64,000 nucleotides of DNA from an uncultured Christensenellaceae bacterium. Its GTDB lineage: Bacteria; Bacillota; Clostridia; Christensenellales; UBA3700. Made by a program: the position numbers and the translations under genes. This document shows positions 10,100 through 17,320 of the stretch, piece after piece. The stretch is from contig CAJUOU010000002.1 of the NCBI GenBank assembly GCA_910588545.1, positions 96,228-160,227 of the forward strand, given 5' to 3'. How positions within the stretch are numbered: the stretch's first letter is position 1; each line of letters begins with the position of its first letter. Below the pieces are notes generated by a model. It saw nothing but the letters and a program-made list of their open reading frames with translations, was not told the DNA's origin and did no database searches.

Positions 10100-10126
10100 T
10101 GTACATAGATATACTTATTCCATGTA
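10100..10126. repeat. right inverted repeat of inverton 1
   Basis: TGTACATAGATATACTTATTCCATGTA, the partner of 9952-9978. Confidence 0.9.
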
Positions 10127-10140
10127 CCCAAACTTTACAT

Positions 10141-10233
10141 TAATGGCAAATTTTCAACCCCAATAGTCCCGATTTTTGATAGGATTATTGCAGTGAACGA
10201 TACTTTTTGCCAACTTTAAACTTTACACAAAAA
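10141..10233 (+). other. conserved non-coding module, copy 1 (paralog of 14231-14319)
   Basis: The 40-nt core CCGATTTTTGATAGGATTATTGCAGTGAACGATACTTTTT matches copy 2 at 35/40 positions, at the same distance (~42 nt) from the right IR. Also shares the AAACTTTACA(C/T)AAAAA motif. Confidence 0.7.
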
Positions 10234-10236
10234 GTA

Positions 10237-10274
10237 ACACCCCAAAACACAATGTTTCGGGGTGTATTTTATTT
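10237..10274 (+). terminator. intrinsic terminator ending the OFF-state transcript of inverton 1
   Basis: ACACCCCAAA / TTT(C)GGGGTGT stem followed by ATTTTATTT on the plus strand. Confidence 0.6.
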
Positions 10275-10430
10275 GTATGGCGTATTTAAAATTGTATAAT
10301 TTTAAGAAATTTTACGGCTAAAAAATGTCTATATTAATTTATATTACTACTATCCTTTTCAATTTTTATTTATATATTCTATTTGATAAACAAGTGCAAT
10401 TTTTAATTAAACATATAATTTATAGCAAGC

Positions 10431-10460
10431 AAAAAAGCCATTCTATTGAATGGCTTTTTT
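10431..10460 (-). terminator. bidirectional intrinsic terminator after the 1154-aa adhesin gene
   Basis: GCCATTC/GAATGGC stem flanked by A6 and T6 runs. Confidence 0.7.
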
Positions 10461-10523
10461 AATTAGTTATGCTTTTTACCTTTTTGTTTTTTAGTGTTTG
10501 TTTGCGTTTCGTTTTGGTTGTTT

Positions 10524-13500
10524 TTATTTACGCCTTTTCTTTTTATTCAATTTGCTATTAGGCTTGCTATCTTCATCAATTTTATCAGTGTCCACACCAT
10601 CAGCCGGCGTTATTTGATTTTGTAGCTTTTTAACCTTTTTTGCTTCGCTTTCTTTTAATGCGTAAAATAATATTCTTTCTTGCGGAGCTTCCAACACACT
10701 CAAGTTCAAAACATCATTTTCCTTTATTACAAATGTCCAATCTTTGTAACCTACCTTGTAGTTATTTACTATCGTTCCTCTTACATTTACTACTTCCTTT
10801 GGTTTTATATCCTCGGTATTGGTATTTGTCGCTCCGTTGTTTTCGCTTGCTGCTTGTTGGTTGTTTGCGGCATACTGTGCATAAGGTATTGCTTGTTGTG
10901 GAGTATTTTTATTTTTCTTTACTACTATCAATATTATTATCAACAACAATATAAATATTATCATAAAGATAAATATTGCTATTAATATCCACCACATATA
11001 CGGAGGCATATTTTTTAGTGTTTCTATTACACTATTCATTCCGCTATCCGTATTACCATTACTTCCACCATTCGGTTTGCCGTCAGTTCCGTTGTTATCG
11101 TCCTCGCCGTCGCCACCACTTGGGTTAGGGTTTACCTCTGTTTTAAAGCTGTATGTTTCCGTCTCGTCAACTAGCTCTCCGTTGTATTTTAAAAACACAC
11201 TGCCCTTATACTCATTTTTTACTTTCAAGGAGATTTGGTAATTTGTATCATACTTTAGCGTTGCAGTTGGCAATATTACATTGCCTATTATCTGCCCGTC
11301 TTTTACTTGGTATATTTCGTAATCAAAATACTTTTCTATCTCACTTTTTTCGTCAGATAATAGCGTTGGTCGTTTGTTTCCCGTTCCGTTTTGCCATCCG
11401 CTTATCTCAAACTCCAGCGTTTGTATATCCAAAGTTATTGTATATGTCGTGTTATCTCTATCCTCCCACACTACATTGTCTACTTCTCCGCCATTTGCTG
11501 TGTTTACTCCGTTTTTAAACGCTATTTGTATGCTATACTTTCCTGCTTTTGTAAACTTGTAGTTTTCGTCTACTACATTGCCGTCTACTGTTATTTCAAA
11601 GTAGCTCTTCCAATTTGTCGGCATATTGGCTACAGCACTTAACCCAAAGCCTTCTGCATCAAATATGTTTACTTGGTCTGCTTTTGGCTTTCTTATCTTT
11701 AAGCTTTCTATCTCATAATCAAAGGTATCTTCTCCTACTATCATAAAGTCGTCCAAACCACTTTGCAATCCTACCAACACTTTATATCTTCCTACATTTG
11801 TCGGTGCTCCGCTCAGTGGCGTACCGTCTGCTGTAGTGTAGCTTATTACCAAGTTACTTGCTGTCAATCCTCCGCCTGCTACATTTAGCTCTACAGCTTG
11901 TGACAAACCATTGTATGTAAACTTATTATTCTTTAAGCTTACCTCTACTTTATTTATTACCGACCCTGTTTGGAATACTTCCGATACTGAGTTTTCCTCA
12001 TTTCCATCTACTACAAATATACAGTTAGTGTTGTTAAATCCTATTGTATTTGTCGTAAATATTGCTTGTATATAATATGACTTTATTTCACTTATATCAT
12101 TTTCTGCAAATATTTGCTCTAATGTTACTTCATCAGTCAAATCACTCTTTCTAAAATACTTGTATTCTATTGCATTAGCTAAGTTTTCCGCTACTTGTAA
12201 TCTTGGTATTGGTAGCGTTATATCCCCTATTGTCACATTCTTTTTTGTCCATGATACCGCTACTTTCTTTTTGGTTATCTTCCAATTATGCTTTAGTTGT
12301 GGTATATTTGCTAGTTCCGCACTCGTATATGTTTTGTAGTTAGGGTCACTGCCTGTAAAATCAATTACACTTGCGATATAATCTCCTACTGCGGACTTAG
12401 CATTATTGTCATACACTGCTGTTAAAAAGGACGGTAGTCCAGAGGCTATCTCTACCTTTTGGTTTTGACCATTATATTCAAACTCGCTTTGACTCCACGT
12501 GACTTTGCTAAAATCTATTTCTGCCTTGTTTATGGTTATTTTTATCCATCGGACTGTATCGCTTTCCAAATGGTCGCTATCTGTGGTATCCGCAGTTCCT
12601 CTAAATCTTGGTTTTCTAAAATCTATTACTTCCTGTTTTTCGGTTTCCGTCCAACCGTATTTTAAAGCATCTTGCTCTACCAATGCAATTATTTTATTTG
12701 TCCAACTCTCTTTTATCTCTACCTTTACCCAATACTCTCCTGCGTTTTCGAATGCTTTAGTACTGTCGGGATAAGCAAGTTGAATAAACTCGTTATCTGA
12801 CTCATACAAATTTTTGTCATACCAAGCAGTATTGTTGTTTGTCTTTACAATTTCACTTAATGTTTGTGCTGTTGCATTATATGTTGTCTCCAAATCTTGG
12901 GGATTTTGCACTCCGTTTTCCAAGCCTCTTAGTATTTCGCTTAAATTTACATGTATTGCAGGGCGGACACCTCGCTCATTTGTTATACCCACATTAATCC
13001 ATCTACTAGCATCTGTACAAGTGGAATCAATATCGGAAAAAGCATATCCCCAACTATAATTATTATGATGAGCAGAACGTGTCCATGCTGTAGTAATCCC
13101 TTTTGATGCTATTTGCTCAGGCGACAATTTCCATCCAGATTCTACCAAAGTTCCATTGGAATAGTTTCCGCCAATTTCATAGACACTAGGTATCCAAATA
13201 TAGTCTTTACCCCAGTCGCTATATTTAATACCATCTACTGCATAATCGACTTCATACCCCCCGCCTGTATTAAATTGAGGTTTCCAATCAGGATAGTTGC
13301 TGTTTAGCGCATCATTTCCATAATCATAGGTACTAAACCCAAGTCTCATTGATTGTAGTTGTTGGTATTTAATATACTGCGGCTGAACTAAATATTTTGT
13401 AGCAAAATCGCCTTCGATAAATTGAGACATTTCGTTACTTGACAAAAGAGTATTTCTCAAAGTGCTGCTACTGTACATATTATTACCTTTCGATGCAGAA

Positions 13501-13988
13501 CCGTTTGTATAGAACTTGGACAATTTATACGAATCTGCTAAATATAAAGTTACAACAACATCTTCTTTGGAATAAAAATTTATATCGGTTAAAGTTACAG
13601 ATGTAACTATCCATTGATATCCACCGAGAGTAACAACTAAACCTGTTTCAGAACCAACTTGCGTATTTATAGTAGTAGCATTAACTAAATAAGTTGTTGT
13701 ATCCATATCAGGATTAATTTTATATACATGTTTTTTTACATAATCAGTCGGATTTTCTTTATTAAATAATTTTTCTTTCAAATTTAAAATTGCAAAATTA
13801 TTAAAAGACTTATTAACATTATCATATAATTCAGCACCATTCGCAACTTGAATAGCAGAGCTTGGATTTGATAAAGCCAATGCCTGTTTTGGAAAAATAA
13901 AAATACTTGCAATAAGACTACTAAATAGTACTATCATAAATGTTAACATTACTATAAATAGATACGATTTTTTTATGGTTTTCTTCAT
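10524..13988 (-). CDS. large type-I membrane surface protein/adhesin with DUF6273-like N-terminal domain, MBG-type Ig-like repeats, one C-terminal TM helix and a ~150-aa cytoplasmic tail
   Basis: Signal peptide. GVRPAIHVNL motif (DUF6273-like). MBG-like repeats (FEYNGQNQKVEI...VGDYIASV; FTYNGLSQAVEL...VGRYKVLV). G/N/D-rich linker. TM helix MWWILIAIFIFMIIFILLLIIILIVV followed by KKNKN and a basic tail ending KKKRRK. Confidence 0.75.
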   Translation of the reverse strand: MKKTIKKSYLFIVMLTFMIVLFSSLIASIFIFPKQALALSNPSSAIQVANGAELYDNVNKSFNNFAILNLKEKLFNKENPTDYVKKHVYKINPDMDTTTYLVNATTINTQVGSETGLVVTLGGYQWIVTSVTLTDINFYSKEDVVVTLYLADSYKLSKFYTNGSASKGNNMYSSSTLRNTLLSSNEMSQFIEGDFATKYLVQPQYIKYQQLQSMRLGFSTYDYGNDALNSNYPDWKPQFNTGGGYEVDYAVDGIKYSDWGKDYIWIPSVYEIGGNYSNGTLVESGWKLSPEQIASKGITTAWTRSAHHNNYSWGYAFSDIDSTCTDASRWINVGITNERGVRPAIHVNLSEILRGLENGVQNPQDLETTYNATAQTLSEIVKTNNNTAWYDKNLYESDNEFIQLAYPDSTKAFENAGEYWVKVEIKESWTNKIIALVEQDALKYGWTETEKQEVIDFRKPRFRGTADTTDSDHLESDTVRWIKITINKAEIDFSKVTWSQSEFEYNGQNQKVEIASGLPSFLTAVYDNNAKSAVGDYIASVIDFTGSDPNYKTYTSAELANIPQLKHNWKITKKKVAVSWTKKNVTIGDITLPIPRLQVAENLANAIEYKYFRKSDLTDEVTLEQIFAENDISEIKSYYIQAIFTTNTIGFNNTNCIFVVDGNEENSVSEVFQTGSVINKVEVSLKNNKFTYNGLSQAVELNVAGGGLTASNLVISYTTADGTPLSGAPTNVGRYKVLVGLQSGLDDFMIVGEDTFDYEIESLKIRKPKADQVNIFDAEGFGLSAVANMPTNWKSYFEITVDGNVVDENYKFTKAGKYSIQIAFKNGVNTANGGEVDNVVWEDRDNTTYTITLDIQTLEFEISGWQNGTGNKRPTLLSDEKSEIEKYFDYEIYQVKDGQIIGNVILPTATLKYDTNYQISLKVKNEYKGSVFLKYNGELVDETETYSFKTEVNPNPSGGDGEDDNNGTDGKPNGGSNGNTDSGMNSVIETLKNMPPYMWWILIAIFIFMIIFILLLIIILIVVKKNKNTPQQAIPYAQYAANNQQAASENNGATNTNTEDIKPKEVVNVRGTIVNNYKVGYKDWTFVIKENDVLNLSVLEAPQERILFYALKESEAKKVKKLQNQITPADGVDTDKIDEDSKPNSKLNKKKRRK

Positions 13989-14033
13989 TTTTATTTTCTC
14001 CTAATAGTACACTTTATATCAAATGAAACATTT

Positions 14034-14061
14034 GTACATAGAATATATATAATCTATGTAC
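14034..14061. repeat. left inverted repeat of inverton 2
   Basis: GTACATAGAATATATATAATCTATGTAC. Its reverse complement is identical (28/28) to 14185-14212. Internal dyad ACATAGA-N10-TCTATGT. Confidence 0.95.
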
Positions 14062-14142
14062 ATTTAGGAGCATTTTTCAAGCAATAAAATTAAAGTTTTG
14101 GTATAAATTAGTTAAAGTTCTTACAAAATGATTAGTTTAATA

Positions 14143-14172
14143 TTGACATTACTTTACTTTTAATCTTATAAT
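14143..14172 (+). promoter_or_regulatory. sigma-A type promoter inside inverton 2
   Basis: TTGACA (14143-14148), 18-nt spacer, TATAAT (14167-14172). Confidence 0.8.
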
Positions 14173-14184
14173 ATAACTGAAAAA

Positions 14185-14212
14185 GTACATAGATTATATA
14201 TATTCTATGTAC
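14185..14212. repeat. right inverted repeat of inverton 2
   Basis: GTACATAGATTATATATATTCTATGTAC, the perfect partner of 14034-14061. Confidence 0.95.
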
Positions 14213-14230
14213 TTTTTTTATCCTTTTATT

Positions 14231-14319
14231 TTATGGTAAATTGCAAGTTAATGCCGATTTTTGACGGCATTATTGCAGTGAACGACAATTTTTATATACT
14301 TCAAACTTTACATAAAAAA
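14231..14319 (+). other. conserved non-coding module, copy 2 (paralog of 10141-10233)
   Basis: Core CCGATTTTTGACGGCATTATTGCAGTGAACGACAATTTTT. Hairpin TAATGCCG-AUUUUUGA-CGGCATTA. Followed by CAAACTTTACATAAAAAA. Confidence 0.7.
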
Positions 14320-14320
14320 T

Positions 14321-14358
14321 AGCAACCCGAAAATTATATAAATAAGGTGCTGTTTTTT
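14321..14358 (+). terminator. possible weak terminator ending the OFF-state transcript of inverton 2
   Basis: AGCA(A)CC / GGTGCT short stem with a large loop, followed by GTTTTTT. Confidence 0.35.
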
Positions 14359-14464
14359 ATATTCGAAATTTTCGTTCAATGCAATTAGACATATTTAGGC
14401 TTAAAATTAAACCGAAAACTGCTTTTTAAGCAAAATATTTATACTACAGACGGCTTGGTTAAAT

Positions 14465-14650
14465 AAAAAAATAAGGCATATACCTTAAAGATATATGCCA
14501 AAAACGCAAATAGCGTGTAGTACCGCTCAACCGAAAGAAAACTATTTGAAAACCTCGTTCTTCGAGGTGGGTTAGCTACCTGATACCGCTGTCTTCCCCT
14601 GCCATAACCTAAAAGGTCGAGGGCGTGACATTGAGTACCACAACTCGCAG
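14465..14650 (-). ncRNA. candidate ~185-nt structured small RNA, class not identified (6S-like size and architecture)
   Basis: GC-rich island in an AT-rich intergenic region. TATAAT -10 box on the minus strand (14662-14657). Strong intrinsic terminator (GGCATATA/TATATGCC, 14475-14499, plus U-run). 5' segment GUGGUACUCAA can pair with 3' segment UUGAGCGGUACUAC. Internal hairpin ACCUCG-AAGAA-CGAGGU. Only a 19-codon ORF without an SD. Confidence 0.55.
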
Positions 14651-14808
14651 TCCCTTATTATAAATGTGGTTACAAAATGCAATTTCCTTTCAAATCTTGC
14701 AGTTATCCTACAACAATAGTATAACACATTTGAATGGTCATTACAATACCCTTTTTAAATTTTAATGTAAAAAATTTCCTAAATTAATGTTTAATAAACT
14801 TTACATTT

Positions 14809-14838
14809 AAAAAAGACCTAAAGTTTTACTTTAAGCCT
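14809..14838 (-). terminator. intrinsic terminator after the membrane protein operon
   Basis: 10-bp stem on the minus strand (AGGCUUAAAG/CUUUAGGUCU, with G-U pairs) followed by a U-run. Confidence 0.6.
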
Positions 14839-14853
14839 TTTAATTTATTTATA

Positions 14854-15789
14854 TCAATATACTTCTTTTACGGAATGCTTGCTGTCGATAACAGTTTCGG
14901 CATCTATATAGTATTTTCTTTCGTTCCTACGATAGTAAATTACCAACCCGATGCTTTGATAGAAAATGTTTAAAAAGCTTGTTGCCATAATAAAGCCGAT
15001 ACCAAAAGTAATAAGCCCGAATAACATAATAAACATATAAGACACAAAATTGATTGCAGTAAACAAGCCCCAATTTTTTATTATCAAATCTTTATTAGTC
15101 AATATTGCTTTTTGCAAGCTTTTAAAAATACCAAGTTCCTCATTTATATAAGTTGGTAACCACATTGCAAACACTGAACGTTTTAGTGCAATCAACACCA
15201 TAAAAATCGTTAGGCACAGCGTTAAAGCAAACACAACCGACAACTTACCAACACCCCAAAATGTCAAATAAATCAAACCACACAACAATAGCATGTATGG
15301 GATGTAAATCAATGTATCTACAAAGCTGTAAGCAACTGATTTTTTCAAATGTGCAATTAGGTTTGATGTAAAACCAAATTTGCTATTGCTGTTCATAAAA
15401 TTATTTAACACATCTGCAAGCGGATAATGACCGATTGTGATTAAAAACTTTCCTAAAAAAGTAAATGCAAACAATGCACAAACAGCACCGACTACATTGT
15501 TCCTGTTAGTTGCAAACACTTCCGAAATTTTTGCAAAGTCTTGTCCCAAAATACCAAATGCAGAATTTTGAACAGCTAAATCGCCACCGAACATAGAGCG
15601 GAATGCATCCATACAATGTTCAAAGAAATGCATATTTTGTACGCCTTGTATAATAGGTCGCATAATATAGTACATTGAACTTATAGAAACCGCAGCAAAT
15701 ATAAGCATAACAATAGTTAAATACAGCAAAAATTTATAAAACAAGGAAAACCTCGAAACGGTTATCGAAAAAGAATGTTTTGCTAACAT
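14854..15789 (-). CDS. polytopic integral membrane protein, function unknown
   Basis: Multiple hydrophobic helices and no recognisable motif. Abuts the upstream membrane protein gene with a 1-nt gap. Confidence 0.55.
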   Translation of the reverse strand: MLAKHSFSITVSRFSLFYKFLLYLTIVMLIFAAVSISSMYYIMRPIIQGVQNMHFFEHCMDAFRSMFGGDLAVQNSAFGILGQDFAKISEVFATNRNNVVGAVCALFAFTFLGKFLITIGHYPLADVLNNFMNSNSKFGFTSNLIAHLKKSVAYSFVDTLIYIPYMLLLCGLIYLTFWGVGKLSVVFALTLCLTIFMVLIALKRSVFAMWLPTYINEELGIFKSLQKAILTNKDLIIKNWGLFTAINFVSYMFIMLFGLITFGIGFIMATSFLNIFYQSIGLVIYYRRNERKYYIDAETVIDSKHSVKEVY

Positions 15790-15790
15790 A

Positions 15791-16612
15791 TTAATCCTCC
15801 ACCAACTTTAAATATTTATTTTTAAGGTCTTCCCTATCAATATCTTCGATATCCATATAAGTAGTATACATCAAAGTTATATAATATGAGAAAATATATA
15901 CAAATAAAAATATATTAATTATTTTTCGCCACCAAAAACCATAAGCTGCAAAAACTGCCATTAGGATATAAGGTATTATCGTTGGTATTAAAATAGCAAA
16001 TAACATCCTAAAGAACTTGCCTTTTAATAGTGTTATTGACTCTGCAATAGCTTTTCTTAAATTTAAACCTGTAATTGACATAATAGGCAAAGTCAAACTT
16101 AAAAGCACCATTGCACACAACATTACCAAAAACAATAATACATTTATTGTGATTGTAAGTCCTAAAGCAACTGCTGCTTTTTTGATTGCTTTAACCCATA
16201 AAAAGGTAAACAACGAGCAAACAACAGCGTATAACTCCATAACAAAAATAAACACAAGTACCAATTTAAATACCGGCAAAAAGTTATTGTTTACACGCTT
16301 TAACAAATCTTCTCCCGATAATATACCCCAACGCATGTGTTTAGACTCAAGTCCGCACACTATACTGAAAAATATACTAAAAATCGGCAAAGCAAATAAT
16401 CCCGCAACTACTGATTTCCAATTTATTTCGCTAACCGCAAAAAATACGTCGCCAAAAGTTACAAGCTTACTTTGGTCAAAGTTTACAAATAACTGAATCA
16501 TAGTACATGGCTCTGTAAGCAATCCCATTACAATAGACGGAACTAATGTTGCAAGCGCCAAATACCAAAAATTCTTACGCAGGTACTGAAGAGCAAGTCT
16601 TGAAAATCGCAT
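15791..16612 (-). CDS. polytopic integral membrane protein, function unknown
   Basis: About 6 predicted TM helices. Operonic with 14854-15789. Confidence 0.55.
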   Translation of the reverse strand: MRFSRLALQYLRKNFWYLALATLVPSIVMGLLTEPCTMIQLFVNFDQSKLVTFGDVFFAVSEINWKSVVAGLFALPIFSIFFSIVCGLESKHMRWGILSGEDLLKRVNNNFLPVFKLVLVFIFVMELYAVVCSLFTFLWVKAIKKAAVALGLTITINVLLFLVMLCAMVLLSLTLPIMSITGLNLRKAIAESITLLKGKFFRMLFAILIPTIIPYILMAVFAAYGFWWRKIINIFLFVYIFSYYITLMYTTYMDIEDIDREDLKNKYLKLVED

Positions 16613-16672
16613 AACCTTTCTCCTTTTTTAAATTGATTTCTATCAAAATACCAATATTGTATTTTTTAATTT

Positions 16673-17320
16673 TTATTGTTTTTTAAATACGTCAATCAAA
16701 TCGACAGGCTTTTGAACACACAAAATAGTCCCGATTTTTGACATATTTTTCACATTTCCAAAGCCGTAAGCCACTGCCAAGCAGTCGACACCCACTTGCT
16801 TTGCTGCCATTGCATCGTATATGGAATCCCCAATCATAAGGCAGTCATTTTTGTTGGCGCCGGATATTTGAACTGCATACTCCAAAATATCTTTTTTGTC
16901 AATCCTGCCCTCGCTTTCTACAGTACCAAACACTCCGTCAAAGCAATCCCTCACGCCAAACTCTTTAAGCATTTCGCTTGCAATATCTTCCCTTTTGCTG
17001 GTCGCAATAAACATTTTATATCCAAAGCTTTTTATTGCGTTTAAAATATTGGGCATATCGTCAAATAGCTTACACATATTTTGTCCGCCTTGATTTATAT
17101 AGTATTCCCTATACAACTCGCGTGCAAACGGCTCCTTCTCTGCCCCAAACATATCGGTAAAAGTAACTTTCAACGGAGGTCCGATATATTGTTTCCTATC
17201 CTCTGGCGGTACATTTACCCCAAAATGTTCAAAAACTTTGCCAAAAGCAAAACTACAGCCCTCAAAACTATCCACTATTGTGCCATCAAAATCCCAAAAC
17301 AAATATTTATATTCACGCAT
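16673..17320 (-). CDS. HAD-superfamily hydrolase (phosphoglycolate phosphatase/PpaX-like)
   Basis: Motif I FDFDGTIVDS and motif IV GDSIYD. Overlaps the valS stop by 8 nt. Confidence 0.8.
   Translation of the reverse strand: MREYKYLFWDFDGTIVDSFEGCSFAFGKVFEHFGVNVPPEDRKQYIGPPLKVTFTDMFGAEKEPFARELYREYYINQGGQNMCKLFDDMPNILNAIKSFGYKMFIATSKREDIASEMLKEFGVRDCFDGVFGTVESEGRIDKKDILEYAVQISGANKNDCLMIGDSIYDAMAAKQVGVDCLAVAYGFGNVKNMSKIGTILCVQKPVDLIDVFKKQ

Larger units (their letters stand above)
9952..10126. promoter_or_regulatory. invertible promoter element (inverton 1), captured in the OFF orientation relative to 7728-9929
   Basis: 27-bp IRs flank 121 bp that carry a consensus promoter facing the plus strand, away from the minus-strand ATG at 9929. 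Confidence 0.8.
14034..14212. promoter_or_regulatory. invertible promoter element (inverton 2), captured in the OFF orientation relative to 10524-13988
   Basis: Perfect 28-bp IRs flank 123 bp that carry a consensus promoter facing the plus strand, away from the minus-strand ATG at 13988. The interior is homologous to inverton 1. Confidence 0.85.

Noticed and set aside
10144-10167. Small ORFs inside the conserved inverton-adjacent modules (MANFQPQ* here; 29 codons at 14233-14322; TTG-started minus-strand ORFs ...VHCNN..KNR...)
   Set aside because: None has an SD. The plus-strand ORFs differ in length and frame between the copies (7 versus 29 codons). The minus-strand candidates need TTG starts. 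An RNA or DNA-site function fits better, though a few synonymous-looking third-position changes mean a micropeptide cannot be fully excluded.
14465-14650. Assigning the GC-rich RNA to T-box, SRP RNA, or the TPP/cobalamin/other riboswitch classes
   Set aside because: GAGCGGUACUACACG resembles the T-box GGUGGUACCGCG only loosely, and the terminator has no competing antiterminator. GGCAGGGGAAGACAGC does not form the SRP helix-8 GGAA tetraloop with its conserved loops. There is no B12 box or CUGAGA (TPP) motif. No regulated gene follows before the terminator. Left unclassified.
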